Below, one piece after another: positions 1 to 10,278 of a stretch of 64,000 bases of DNA. Both the position numbers and the translations under genes were made by a program. Numbering within the stretch: position 1 is the first letter of the stretch; each line of letters opens with the position of its first letter. The notes beneath the pieces are model-generated. The model had not been told where the DNA came from and ran no database searches. It worked only from the letters and a program-made list of their open reading frames with translations. Source of the stretch: an uncultured delta proteobacterium (lineage in GTDB: Bacteria; Myxococcota_A; Polyangia; Haliangiales; Haliangiaceae); contig CAWKDB010000002.1 of assembly GCA_963848295.1 (NCBI GenBank), positions 1,312,001 to 1,376,000 of the forward strand, given 5' to 3'.

Positions 1-536
1 GAATCTCCGATGTGGACGCGCGGTGCGGGATCGTCAGGCGCGCGCCCGAGCTGCGCGAGCGCATGATCGAAGATCCGCCGGTCCGGCTTCTCGATGCCGA
101 GCCGGCCCGAATCGATGATCACCGGGAACAGCGAAGCGAGCCCGATCTCGGCGAGCAGCTCGGCGAGCCGACCTTCGGAGTTCGACACCACGACGAGCGC
201 GATGCCGCGCGCGGACAGCTCGCGCACGACCTCGATCACGCCGCTGATCGGCTTGCGAAATAGATTCGCCCGCGGTTGCTCGGCCTGCAGCCAGTCGGCG
301 ACCGCGGCCGCCGCGGGTACCCCAGCGCCTTCGAGCAACGCGGTCATCAGCCCGTGCCAGACCCGCCCGTGGCCGCGGGCGCTCAGCGTCTCGTAGAGCT
401 GCCAGGCCGCGGGAGCGGCCGCCGACAGGGCCGCCGCGTCGACCGAGATCCCCCGCGACACCAGCCGGCGAGCGAGGAAGTCAAGGTCGAGCTCGACCAG
501 AGTCTGGCCTGCGTCGAAGCTGACGACCGGAACCAC
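1..536 (-). CDS. HAD-superfamily hydrolase (3' end runs off the window)
   Basis: Manual translation of the minus strand from GTG 536 gives MVPVVSFDAGQTL...VVVSNSEGRL...GIEKPDRRIF...VHIGDS, i.e. HAD motifs I-IV. Not in the ORF track. Confidence 0.85.
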   Translation of the reverse strand, partial: MVPVVSFDAGQTLVELDLDFLARRLVSRGISVDAAALSAAAPAAWQLYETLSARGHGRVWHGLMTALLEGAGVPAAAAVADWLQAEQPRANLFRKPISGVIEVVRELSARGIALVVVSNSEGRLAELLAEIGLASLFPVIIDSGRLGIEKPDRRIFDHALAQLGRAPDDPAPRVHIGD

Positions 537-558
537 CGCGGCGCAGTATACTCCTGGG

Positions 559-1605
559 ATGCTCGACGGGGCTTCTGCCCACGTGCCCGGCGTGCTCGTC
601 GTGTGGAGCGGGTCGACCCCGACCATCCAGGCGTTTCGCGTGCCGTCGACCGGCGTCGTGATCGGCCGCGAGCTGCTCGAATCGACCAGCGATGATCGAA
701 TCAGTCGGCAACACGCGCGGGTCGCGTGGAAGGATCGCCGGTTTGTCGTCACCGATCTCGGTAGCCGCAACGGCACCTATGCCGGCGGCCACGCGCTCAT
801 CGATCGCGAGGTCACGGTCACCGCGCCCTCGGTCGTACGCACCGGTCGCACCGTGTGCGTTCTGGTCGATGACATCCGTAGATTCGAGGGCGGCATCATC
901 GAGACGCGCCACGACGCGATCATCGGAGCGACCACCCGCGCGTTGTGGCTGCGGATCGAAGAGGCCGCGAGCCAAGGTGCGAATGCGTTGATCGTCGGCG
1001 AGTCCGGTAGTGGCAAGGGCCGGATGGCGCGCGGCTACGCGGCAACCCGCAATCGACCGTACGCGGTGTTCAATCCGACGATCCAAGCGGTCCCGCTCGA
1101 ACGCATCGCCGCACCGCAGATCGAGACGCTGATCCTCGAGCAAGTCGGCAAGCTCGGCGCCGCGAACATCGCGACGCTCGCAAAGCTGCTCGATAGCCGA
1201 CCGAATCTGCGGTTCGTGACGACCGCGGTCATGCCGCTCGAGCACCTCGGTATCGCGCCGGAGCTCGCGATCCGACTCGGGACCTGCTCGGTGTTTCTGC
1301 CACCGCTGCGCGAGCGCCCCGACGAGATGGCCCAGCTCGTGTTCGACGCGGTGCGCGGCGCCGAGTCCGGCTTGCAGATTCACTCGACGCTGATCGAGGC
1401 ATGCCTCCTCCGGCCGTGGCCGGGCAACGCGCGCGAGCTCGTCGCCGAGGTCAGCCAGACCGCGCACGCGGTCGCGGCGCAGGGCAAGAACAACATCCGC
1501 GGCGAGGATCTCGGCAACGATGCCGGCCATCTCATGGTCGGTGCGCCGACGCTCAACGCCGCCGCGCAGCCGACTGCCGTCGGCAAGCCCGGCCCTCGGC
1601 GCTAG
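559..1605 (+). CDS. FHA-domain protein with degenerate sigma54-interaction AAA+ domain
   Basis: FHA motifs IGRE/ISRQH/DLGSRNGT; Walker A GESGSGKG; PPLRER and WPGNAREL motifs. No GAFTGA loop or clear HTH. Confidence 0.85.
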   Translation: MLDGASAHVPGVLVVWSGSTPTIQAFRVPSTGVVIGRELLESTSDDRISRQHARVAWKDRRFVVTDLGSRNGTYAGGHALIDREVTVTAPSVVRTGRTVCVLVDDIRRFEGGIIETRHDAIIGATTRALWLRIEEAASQGANALIVGESGSGKGRMARGYAATRNRPYAVFNPTIQAVPLERIAAPQIETLILEQVGKLGAANIATLAKLLDSRPNLRFVTTAVMPLEHLGIAPELAIRLGTCSVFLPPLRERPDEMAQLVFDAVRGAESGLQIHSTLIEACLLRPWPGNARELVAEVSQTAHAVAAQGKNNIRGEDLGNDAGHLMVGAPTLNAAAQPTAVGKPGPRR

Positions 1606-1637
1606 CGCGACTCCGCGCGCCCGTGCCCCGCCGGCGC

Positions 1638-2138
1638 TTACCGCAGCGTCCGAACGAGCTCGTCGAGTTGTTCGAACGTCAGCCGCATGCCGTCCGTCAT
1701 GCCGCTCGCGATCGCGCCGTCGAGCGCCGCCTTCGTCGGAAATCGCTGGCGAAGCTCGAGCTGCGTCTTGTCGCCGAGCTGGACGAACGTCGTCGTGACG
1801 ACCGCCTCGCCCGCCTGCGGCATCTGCTCGTAAAGCTGCGTGGCGACGAGGCGAACGTTCGGTACGACCTCGCTGAAGACCCCCGAGAACGCCATCCTCG
1901 GCTGACCGTCCTTGCCGAAGACGTAGCGGTACCTCCCACCCACGCGGGCGTCGTTATCGCACTCGTACATGGTCACGCCGAACGACTTCGGCGCCCACCA
2001 CCGCTTCATGTACTCCGGCGTCGTCCACGCCTCGTAAACGATCCGCGCAGGCGCGTCGAACGTCCGAGTAACGACGAGCTCGAGATCGGAGACGCGGTCG
2101 ACCTGCATGTCATTTCGGTTTGTGTGTCCTGCGAGCAT
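1638..2138 (-). CDS. SRPBCC/AHSA1-like ligand-binding protein
   Basis: TRTFDAPARIVYEAWTTPE..KRWW motif; AGGAG RBS before ATG 2138; follows an ArsR gene, a typical pairing. Confidence 0.88.
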   Translation of the reverse strand: MLAGHTNRNDMQVDRVSDLELVVTRTFDAPARIVYEAWTTPEYMKRWWAPKSFGVTMYECDNDARVGGRYRYVFGKDGQPRMAFSGVFSEVVPNVRLVATQLYEQMPQAGEAVVTTTFVQLGDKTQLELRQRFPTKAALDGAIASGMTDGMRLTFEQLDELVRTLR

Positions 2139-2457
2139 GAACGTTCTCCTTCGTCTTGATTTCTTCGAGCACCGCGTCGAGCTCGGCGAAGCGCGCCTGC
2201 CAGACTTGCCGGTAACGCTCGAGCCAATCGGCCACGGCGCGTAGCTGCTCGGCGCGCAGCTTGTACAAGCGCTGCTGCGCGTGGGGCTGCACGTCGACGA
2301 TCCCCGCATCCTTGAGCACGCGCAGGTGTTTGGATACCTGCGGCTGATTGAGCTTCAAGCGCGCGCCGATCTCATTCACGGCACGCGGGCCGAAGCGCAG
2401 CAGCTCGACGATGCGATAGCGGTTCAGCTCTCCGAGCGCAGAGAAAGTCTCGTGCAC
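2110..2457 (-). CDS. ArsR/SmtB family transcriptional regulator
   Basis: FSALGELNRYRIVELL...QPQVSKHLRVLKDAGIV; GTG start at 2457. Confidence 0.9.
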   Translation of the reverse strand: MHETFSALGELNRYRIVELLRFGPRAVNEIGARLKLNQPQVSKHLRVLKDAGIVDVQPHAQQRLYKLRAEQLRAVADWLERYRQVWQARFAELDAVLEEIKTKENVHARRTHKPK

Positions 2458-2463
2458 GAATCG

Positions 2464-2500
2464 AACATGCCGCAGATCGCATATTCCTGTCAAGGCATAT
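2464..2500 (-). promoter_or_regulatory. sigma70-type promoter (TTGACA...CATGTT) overlapped by inverted repeat ATATTCCT-gtca-AGGCATAT, putative ArsR operator
   Basis: TTGACA on the minus strand lies inside a 20-bp imperfect palindrome (2481-2500); a -10-like hexamer sits 6 nt before GTG 2457. Confidence 0.6.
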
Positions 2501-2536
2501 TTGTCGAGGCCGGAGTCTCGTCTCTCGGGTCCGGCG

Positions 2537-3847
2537 TTAGCGCTTCCGGCGTCTCGCGAGCGCTGCGACCAAGCCGATCAGCGCGAGCCCGCTGCCGCCG
2601 CCGGAGGTCGAGCAGCCATGATGAACGCCTGGGGTCGTGCCGGCATCGCCCAGCTCGGGGTCCTCGCTATCGGTGTCGCCGGCGCCGCCGGGTACGAGCC
2701 GGATCGCGTCGAACACGAGCTGGATGTTCTCGCTGTTCGGCTCACCCGTGTTGTCGGCGAGATGCACGCTCTGAGCTGCGCCGGCGGCAAAGTCGAACGT
2801 GCCGAGCGTCTGCCAGCCGTCGACCGCGGTCTGATCGATCGTGACGCTCGACGTGTCGCCGCTCGCGACGATGTCGTACTTCGCCTGCTTCGATTGCGCG
2901 TACGCCGCGGCGGTGTACGCATCGACGCGATAGCTGCCGGCGCTCGTCAGGTCGATGTTCCAGTCGCCGTAGTTCGCTTCGGTCGCATCGTCGGTCGTGT
3001 GCGTCCAGTACAGCTCGCCGCCGATGCCGGCATCGGTCGCGTGCCGCATGTACGCGGCTGGGCCGCCGGCGATGAAGCACGGATCGCTGTCGTCGATCAC
3101 GCCGCCGCCGGGGGCCAGCACGGCGCAGCTCTGTGGCGGGCCAAGAAACGCGTCGAACGATGCCTTGTCGCCATTCCAGCGATCGACGTCGACGGCGGTC
3201 GCGATGCCGGCGATCGCGCCCGACGACGTGTACTGCCAGAACGCCCAATCGGTCCACGGCGCCGCGATATCCGGGCACGTCGCGGTCGTGTACTGCGCGT
3301 GCCACAGCGGCGAGCTCGTCAGGTCCGGGCCGCCGACCGAATCGCGCCAGAAGTAGAACCCGGTGTAGATGATCGGCGGCCGGCCGATCGCGGCGGAGAC
3401 ATGCGCGACCCACTTCTCCACCGCAGCAGCGACGGCGGTCGGTCCGAGGCCATCGGTGACCTCGACGTCGATCACCGGCGGCAGATCGTCCGGCTTCATC
3501 GGCCCGGTCTTGGTCAGCAACAAGTCGGCCTGCGCGATCGGATCCTGGCTCGGACGGAACAGCTGATAGGCGCCGTGCTTGATCCCGACTGTCCGGCTGC
3601 CGGACCAATTCGCAGCGAACTGTGGATCGAGGAAGTCGGTACCGTCCGAAACCCGGACAAACGAATACACGACGCCCGCGCCGGCGACCGCGGACCAATC
3701 GATCGTGTCTTGGAAGTACGAGACGTCGATGCCCTTGACCGTCGGACCGACGCCGCACACCGTCGCGGCTTGCTCGGCCTCGGCGGTCGGAGCCGGCGCG
3801 GAGTCGGTACAAGCGGCAAATACGGCGAGCAAGGCGGGGCGGTTCAC
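2537..3847 (-). CDS. GH25 muramidase (lysozyme) with golvesin-like C-terminal domain and MYXO-CTERM sorting signal
   Basis: GIDVSYFQ, HGAYQLFRP, PPVIDVE and FWQYTSSG GH25 motifs; lipoprotein-like N-terminus (FAAC); C-terminus GCSTSGGGSGLALIGLVAALARRRKR. Confidence 0.88.
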   Translation of the reverse strand: MNRPALLAVFAACTDSAPAPTAEAEQAATVCGVGPTVKGIDVSYFQDTIDWSAVAGAGVVYSFVRVSDGTDFLDPQFAANWSGSRTVGIKHGAYQLFRPSQDPIAQADLLLTKTGPMKPDDLPPVIDVEVTDGLGPTAVAAAVEKWVAHVSAAIGRPPIIYTGFYFWRDSVGGPDLTSSPLWHAQYTTATCPDIAAPWTDWAFWQYTSSGAIAGIATAVDVDRWNGDKASFDAFLGPPQSCAVLAPGGGVIDDSDPCFIAGGPAAYMRHATDAGIGGELYWTHTTDDATEANYGDWNIDLTSAGSYRVDAYTAAAYAQSKQAKYDIVASGDTSSVTIDQTAVDGWQTLGTFDFAAGAAQSVHLADNTGEPNSENIQLVFDAIRLVPGGAGDTDSEDPELGDAGTTPGVHHGCSTSGGGSGLALIGLVAALARRRKR

Positions 3848-3860
3848 CCCGGTCGCGAAC

Positions 3861-3876
3861 AGCAAGCGCTGCGCCA
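3861..3876 (-). promoter_or_regulatory. sigma54 -24/-12 promoter of the GH25 gene
   Basis: TGGCGCAGCGCTTGCT = GG-N10-GC with TTGC. Confidence 0.7.
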
Positions 3877-3922
3877 GCGTAACCGCGTGAATGTGCGCGC
3901 CTCCGAGTGCCCACGCGCGTGG

Positions 3923-4966
<1,044 letters not shown>

Positions 4967-4994
4967 TAACGACAGCTTAGCGCGTATCACAGAC

Positions 4995-5024
4995 GAAGAC
5001 CGAGCCCCGGTTCAGGGGGCTCGG
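4995..5024 (-). terminator. intrinsic terminator-like hairpin downstream of the small gene 5067-5228
   Basis: 9-bp stem CCGAGCCCC/GGGGCTCGG followed by TCTTC on the minus strand. Confidence 0.6.
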
Positions 5025-5066
5025 CGTCGAAGACGGCCCGTTACGGCCCGGGCACACTCTGGTGCG

Positions 5067-5228
5067 CTATGAGCGTCGCGGCTCGTTGCGATCACGCCCC
5101 GGTTGGGGCTGTGATTGCGGCATCTGACCGCCGCGATGTTCTTCCGGTTTACGCTCCGGCTGCTGGCCGGTCTTCTGAGTCTGGTTCTGGTTCTTGTCCT
5201 GTTCGGATGGCTTCTTGGGATCGGGCAT
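5067..5228 (-). CDS. small hydrophilic protein, 53 aa (MPDPKKPSEQDKNQNQTQKTGQQPERKPEEHRGGQMPQSQPQPGRDRNEPRRS)
   Basis: Strong RBS (GAAAGGAAG) before the ATG, sigma54-like promoter upstream, terminator downstream. Below the ORF-track size cut-off. Confidence 0.75.
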   Translation of the reverse strand: MPDPKKPSEQDKNQNQTQKTGQQPERKPEEHRGGQMPQSQPQPGRDRNEPRRS

Positions 5229-5256
5229 TAGGGCTTCCTTTCTGCGGCCGGGTTAG

Positions 5257-5272
5257 TGCACCTCGCATGCCG
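5257..5272 (-). promoter_or_regulatory. sigma54 -24/-12 promoter
   Basis: CGGCATGCGAGGTGCA (GG-N10-GC) upstream of the small gene. Confidence 0.6.
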
Positions 5273-5408
5273 CGCGAAGCTCGCGTTTAGCGGTCGCAGC
5301 TCGCGTCGTGAGCGCACGCCGCGCGCGATCGCTCCCTCACTCCTTCGCGACGGAATGACAGCCGCTGCACCCGACTCCCGTTTGGTCCTCTGGCGTCCAC
5401 TCTTCTAA

Positions 5409-6125
5409 TTAGTGACCGCCGAGGTACGCCTTGCGGATCTTGTCGTCCGCCGCGAGCTCGGACGCCTTGCCGGAGGCCACGAGCGCGCCGACCTCGAGCA
5501 CGTAGGCCGTCGATGCGATGCGCAGCGCCATGTGCGCATTCTGCTCGACGAGCAGGATCGTCGTCCCCTCGCTCACGGTCGTGCGGATGATCTCGAAGAT
5601 CTTCGCGACGATCTGCGGCGCGAGCCCGAGCGATGGCTCGTCGAGCAACAGCAACTTCGGCCGCGCGAGCAACGCGCGGGCGATCGCGAGCATCTGCTGC
5701 TCGCCGCCCGACAACGTGCCGGCGTTCTGTCCGAGCCGCTCGGCGAGCCGCGGGAACAACTCGAACGCGCGCGTTCGATCCTTCGCGATCGCCGCCGCGT
5801 CGGTGCGCAGAAACGCGCCGATCTGGAGATTCTCGTCGACCGTGAGGTTGGAGAAGATGCCGCGGCCCTCGGGCACGTGCGAGATGCCGAGCGCGACGAT
5901 CGCATGCGCCGGCTTGCCGGTGATGTCCTGGCCCGCGAGCTTGACCGTACCCTTCGTCGGCTTCACCAGCCCCGAGATCGCGCGCAAGGTCGTCGTCTTG
6001 CCGGCGCCGTTCGCGCCGATCAGCGTCACGATCTCTCCGGCGGCGACCGAGAAGCTCACGCCCTTGAGCGCGTGGATGCCGCCGTAGTGAACGTCGATGC
6101 CCTCGACCTCGAGCAGCGCGGTCAT
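5409..6125 (-). CDS. livF: branched-chain amino acid ABC transporter ATPase
   Basis: GANGAGKTT, HVPEGRGIF, LSGGEQQMLA, LLLDEPSLGLAP. Confidence 0.93.
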   Translation of the reverse strand: MTALLEVEGIDVHYGGIHALKGVSFSVAAGEIVTLIGANGAGKTTTLRAISGLVKPTKGTVKLAGQDITGKPAHAIVALGISHVPEGRGIFSNLTVDENLQIGAFLRTDAAAIAKDRTRAFELFPRLAERLGQNAGTLSGGEQQMLAIARALLARPKLLLLDEPSLGLAPQIVAKIFEIIRTTVSEGTTILLVEQNAHMALRIASTAYVLEVGALVASGKASELAADDKIRKAYLGGH

Positions 6126-6895
6126 GCGGCCTCTTCGGGCACGCCGAGATAGGCCTCGATCACCTTCGGGTCGCGCTGGATGTCCTCGGGCTTGCCGGCG
6201 GCGATCGTCACGCCGTGGTCGAGCACGGTGATGTGCTCGCAGATCTCCATGACGAGCCCCATGTCGTGCTCGATCAGCAAGATCGCGACGTCGAACGTCT
6301 CGCGCAGGGACTCGATCAGCGCGCGCATGTCGTGCTTTTCCTGCGTGTTCATCCCCGCGACCGGCTCGTCGAGCAGCAACACCTTCGGCTCGGTCGCGAG
6401 AGCCCGCGCGATCTCGAGTCGGCGTTGATCGCCATACGGCAAGCTCTTCGCCGGCTCGGCGGCGCGATGCGCGATGCCGAGGATCTCGAGCAGCTCGAGC
6501 GAACGCTCGACGATCGCGGCCTCCTCGGCGAGATAGAGCGGCGTGCGCAACAAGCTCCGCCACAGCCCGCTCTTCGCCCGCACGCCGGCGGCGGTACGGA
6601 CGTTGTCGAGCACCGATAGTGCGTCGAACAGCCGGATGTTCTGGAACGTGCGCGCGAGCCCGGCCTGCGCGATCGCGCTCGGCTTCTTGCCGTCGATCCG
6701 GCTGCCGCCGAGGTGAACGTCGCCGGAGTCCGGCTTGTAGACGCCCGTCAGCAAGTTGAACACCGTCGTCTTGCCCGCGCCGTTCGGGCCGATCAACCCG
6801 CGCAAGCTCTGCGGGGGCAGCTCGAGCGAGAAGTCGCACACCGCCTTGAGCCCGCCGAACGCGAGCGACAGATCGTTTGCGGCGAGCGCGTTCAC
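6122..6895 (-). CDS. livG: branched-chain amino acid ABC transporter ATPase
   Basis: [41 protein letters not shown]. Confidence 0.93.
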   Translation of the reverse strand: MNALAANDLSLAFGGLKAVCDFSLELPPQSLRGLIGPNGAGKTTVFNLLTGVYKPDSGDVHLGGSRIDGKKPSAIAQAGLARTFQNIRLFDALSVLDNVRTAAGVRAKSGLWRSLLRTPLYLAEEAAIVERSLELLEILGIAHRAAEPAKSLPYGDQRRLEIARALATEPKVLLLDEPVAGMNTQEKHDMRALIESLRETFDVAILLIEHDMGLVMEICEHITVLDHGVTIAAGKPEDIQRDPKVIEAYLGVPEEAA

Positions 6896-8037
6896 GGTGG
6901 GTCTCCCGGCAACGCCGTCGGTTTCGGCGGCTTCGCCTTACCGAGCCCGAGCTTCGTCCTGACCCGGCGCCACGGGCCGGTGTCCCACAGCTCTTTGATC
7001 CCGAACAGGCCCTGAGGTCGCACGATCATCACGACGATCAGCGCGAGCGCATAGACCGGCATGCGGTAGTCAGAAAAGCTGCGGAACAGCTCCGGCATGA
7101 TCGTGAGCCCTATCGCCGCGAAGATCACGCCGGTGATCGAGCCCATGCCGCCGAGCACGACGATGATCACGAGGTCGATCGACTTCTGGAAGCCGAGCTC
7201 GCGTGGGTTCAACGTGGTGCCGAGCTCGTGCGCGAACAGCGCGCCGCCGATGCCGGCAAAGAACGCCGCCATCACGAACGAGATAACCTTGACCCGCGCG
7301 GTGTCGATGCCCATCGCGCTCGCCGCGATCTCGTTCTCGCGCACCGCGAGCAGCTGGCGGCCCTTCGACGACGTCTTCAGCCGATACGCCGCGATCACGG
7401 TGATCGCGACGAACACGTAGACGATGAAGATGCGCGTGTACGTCGGCACCCCACCGAACCCGAGGCTGCCGCCGAGATGTCCGAGCGCGTCGACCATGCT
7501 GCTGGCCCGGAACTGCTTGACGTAGAGCACCTCGTCGGTGCGCTGCACGAGCACGCGCACGATCTCGCCGAAGCCGAGCGTGACGATCGCGAGGTAATCG
7601 CCGCGCAGCCGCAGCGACGGCAGGCCAACGACGAGCCCGGTCACCGCGGCGAGCATGCCGCCGAGCACGCAGCCGCCGAGGAACAACCAGTCGCCGCCAC
7701 CGAATAGCTCGCCGTGGATCTTTGCCGAACCCCACAGCTGGATCGACCCGTAATAGGTCAGCCACGCGGCCGCGTAGCCACCGATCATCATGAAGCCGGC
7801 GTGGCCGAGCGAGAACTGACCGCAGAAGCCGTTGACGATGTTGAGCGACACCGCGAGCACGATCGCGATGCCGATGTCGAGCAGCAGCTTCGCGGGAAAC
7901 GGCCCGATCAGCGGGGCGATGATCTGCTGGAGCAGCCACGCGAGGACGAGCCCCGCCGCGATCGGCGCGATCGAACGCATGATCGCACTCGCGAAGCTGG
8001 CGCGATGAGCCGCGACGCGTTCGCCGAGCCGCTTCAT
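6892..8037 (-). CDS. livM: branched-chain amino acid ABC permease
   Basis: [28 protein letters not shown]; multiple TM segments. Confidence 0.92.
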   Translation of the reverse strand: MKRLGERVAAHRASFASAIMRSIAPIAAGLVLAWLLQQIIAPLIGPFPAKLLLDIGIAIVLAVSLNIVNGFCGQFSLGHAGFMMIGGYAAAWLTYYGSIQLWGSAKIHGELFGGGDWLFLGGCVLGGMLAAVTGLVVGLPSLRLRGDYLAIVTLGFGEIVRVLVQRTDEVLYVKQFRASSMVDALGHLGGSLGFGGVPTYTRIFIVYVFVAITVIAAYRLKTSSKGRQLLAVRENEIAASAMGIDTARVKVISFVMAAFFAGIGGALFAHELGTTLNPRELGFQKSIDLVIIVVLGGMGSITGVIFAAIGLTIMPELFRSFSDYRMPVYALALIVVMIVRPQGLFGIKELWDTGPWRRVRTKLGLGKAKPPKPTALPGDPP

Positions 8038-10232
8038 ACCTTCTCCACCGCCGTCGAGCCGAACAGCCCGCTCGGCTTGACCAACAGCACGACGATCAAG
8101 ATCGTGAACACGTAGACATCGCGCAGCTGGCTCGACAGGAACGCCGCGCCGAACTCCTGGACCGCGGCGATCAACAGCGCGCCGATCGCGGCGCCGCGCA
8201 CGTCACCGATGCCACCGACGACGGCCGCGACGAACGCGGTCAGACCGAGCAACACCCACTGCGAGCCAGCCGTGATCTGCAGGGCCTCGTACTTCACCGC
8301 GAACAACAAGCCGCCGGCGGCGGCGAGCGCCGAGCCGACCGCGAACGTGATCGTGACGACGCGATCGACGTTGATGCCCATCAGCGATGCCACCCGCTCG
8401 TCGAACGACACCGCGCGCATCGCGCGCCCGAGCTTTGTCCTGTAGACGAGGAACTGCAGCGCGCCGACCAGGACGAGCGCGAGCACGAGGACGACCATGT
8501 CGACGACGCGGAGCTCGACGCCCGCGATCGTGGCGAGCGAGCTATCGGCGATCAGCGGCGGCATGTGCTGCGGGTTCGGGCCGAACGCCCACGGCAGCGT
8601 GCCGGTGTTCTGGAGCAGCAGCGACACGCCGATCGCGGTGATCAGCACGTTGAGCCGCGGCGCGTTGCGCAGTGGGCGGTACGCGAGTCGTTCGATCGTC
8701 ACACCGAGCGCGGCGCATGCGGCCATCGCGATGATCAGCACGACCGGGAACGCGAACGCCGGCGCCGCATCACCCCAGCCGAGCTTCATCGCGACGGTGA
8801 ACGACAGCCACGCGCCGAACGTGAACACGTCGGAGTGCGCGAAGTTGATGAACTTCAACACGCCGTAGACCAGCGTGTAGCCGAGCGCGATCAGCGCGTA
8901 CAGCGCGCCGAGCGACAAGCTGTCGACGAGGGTCTGCAGCAGCTTCGTGAACAGCGACGCCGTTCGGTGCTCCTTCGGAGCGGCCGCAGCCGCCGGCGGC
9001 GGCGGTGCACCCGATGCGCTCACCGGACACGGCTCCAAGTCGACCGGCGGCGCCTCGGGAGGGATCTCGCCCGGCGGTGTGATCGTCGCGGCGTAGTGGG
9101 GCTTGCCGCAGTGGATGACGAGCATGACCGCGCTCTTGACCGGGTTGCGATCGGCATCGAGCGTGATCTTGCCGGTGACGCCGGGATACCCCTTGGTCGC
9201 GGCGATCGCGGCGGCGAGCGGCTCGCCGTCGAGCGAGGGCGAGCGATCCATCGCGTCGAACAGCACCCCGGCCGCGTCGTAGCCGAGCGCCGCGAGCCCG
9301 TCCGGCACGACGCCCCAACGCGCCTTGAACGCGGCGACGAACTGTTTGACCGCCGGCCTCGTCTCCTCGAAGGAGTAGTGATTCGCGTAGTAGCTACCTT
9401 CGATCGCATCGCCGCCGATCTCGGTCAGCTTCTCCGAGTCCCAGCCATCGCCGCCGAGGAACGGCACGGCGATCCCGAGCTTGCGTGCCTGACGCGCGAT
9501 GTTGCCGGCGTCGGTGTAGTAGCCCGGCAGGAAGATCGCCTCGGGCGACGTATCCTTGAGCGATTGCAGCTGCGCGGACAAGTCGACGTCGCCGCCGGTG
9601 TACGCCTGCATCGTCGTGATCGTCCCGCCGAGCTGGCGGAACGCGACGTCGAAGCTCTCGGCGAGGCCCTTCGAATACGCCTGCTGCTGATCGTACAGGA
9701 CGCCGATCTTCTGCGCGTGCAGGTTATCGCGCGCGAACTTCGCGACGACGAAGCCCTGGAATTGATCGATGAAGCAGACCCGAGAGATCATGTCGCCGAT
9801 CTGCGTCACGCTCTCGTTCGTCGACGACGGCGAGATCATCGGCACGCCATACTGCTGGGCGACCGCGCCGCCGGCCTTCGACAGGCTCGACGACACCTCG
9901 CCGATCACCGCAACGACATCGTGCTCGGTGATGAGCCGGGTGACCGCGGTACCGGCCTCCTGCGACTTGCCGGCATCGTCCAGCGTCACCACCTCGATCG
10001 GCCGGCCGTGCACACCGCCCTTCGCGTTGCGCTGTTCGATCGCCAGCTCCACGCCCTTGTTCGTCGACTGGCCGAACGTCGCTTCCGAGCCGGTCATCGA
10101 CCCGTATTGGCCGATCACGATCGGCCCGCTGCCGCTGTCGTGATGCTTCCACGGCTTGCGTTGCGGAGAGAGCTCGTCGCAGGCCAGCCAGCACGCGGCC
10201 ACGGAGAGCAAGACCAGCCAGCGGCGAACCAC
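8034..10232 (-). CDS. fused branched-chain amino acid binding protein (LivK-like) and permease (LivH-like)
   Basis: N-terminal lipoprotein SBP (IGQYGSMTGSEATFG, GGDGWDS) joined by a Pro/Ala linker to a LivH permease (YALIALGYTLVYGVLKFINFAH). Confidence 0.88.
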   Translation of the reverse strand: MVRRWLVLLSVAACWLACDELSPQRKPWKHHDSGSGPIVIGQYGSMTGSEATFGQSTNKGVELAIEQRNAKGGVHGRPIEVVTLDDAGKSQEAGTAVTRLITEHDVVAVIGEVSSSLSKAGGAVAQQYGVPMISPSSTNESVTQIGDMISRVCFIDQFQGFVVAKFARDNLHAQKIGVLYDQQQAYSKGLAESFDVAFRQLGGTITTMQAYTGGDVDLSAQLQSLKDTSPEAIFLPGYYTDAGNIARQARKLGIAVPFLGGDGWDSEKLTEIGGDAIEGSYYANHYSFEETRPAVKQFVAAFKARWGVVPDGLAALGYDAAGVLFDAMDRSPSLDGEPLAAAIAATKGYPGVTGKITLDADRNPVKSAVMLVIHCGKPHYAATITPPGEIPPEAPPVDLEPCPVSASGAPPPPAAAAAPKEHRTASLFTKLLQTLVDSLSLGALYALIALGYTLVYGVLKFINFAHSDVFTFGAWLSFTVAMKLGWGDAAPAFAFPVVLIIAMAACAALGVTIERLAYRPLRNAPRLNVLITAIGVSLLLQNTGTLPWAFGPNPQHMPPLIADSSLATIAGVELRVVDMVVLVLALVLVGALQFLVYRTKLGRAMRAVSFDERVASLMGINVDRVVTITFAVGSALAAAGGLLFAVKYEALQITAGSQWVLLGLTAFVAAVVGGIGDVRGAAIGALLIAAVQEFGAAFLSSQLRDVYVFTILIVVLLVKPSGLFGSTAVEKV

Positions 10233-10278
10233 GTGCCTGCGTACTAACCCCCGCCGGTGCTGTCAACCGCTGCGGGGC

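Noticed and set aside
5069..5290. 73-aa plus-strand ORF, or a possible ncRNA in the pyrimidine-rich stretch
   Set aside because: The composition is explained by the minus-strand 53-aa gene, which has its own RBS, promoter and terminator.
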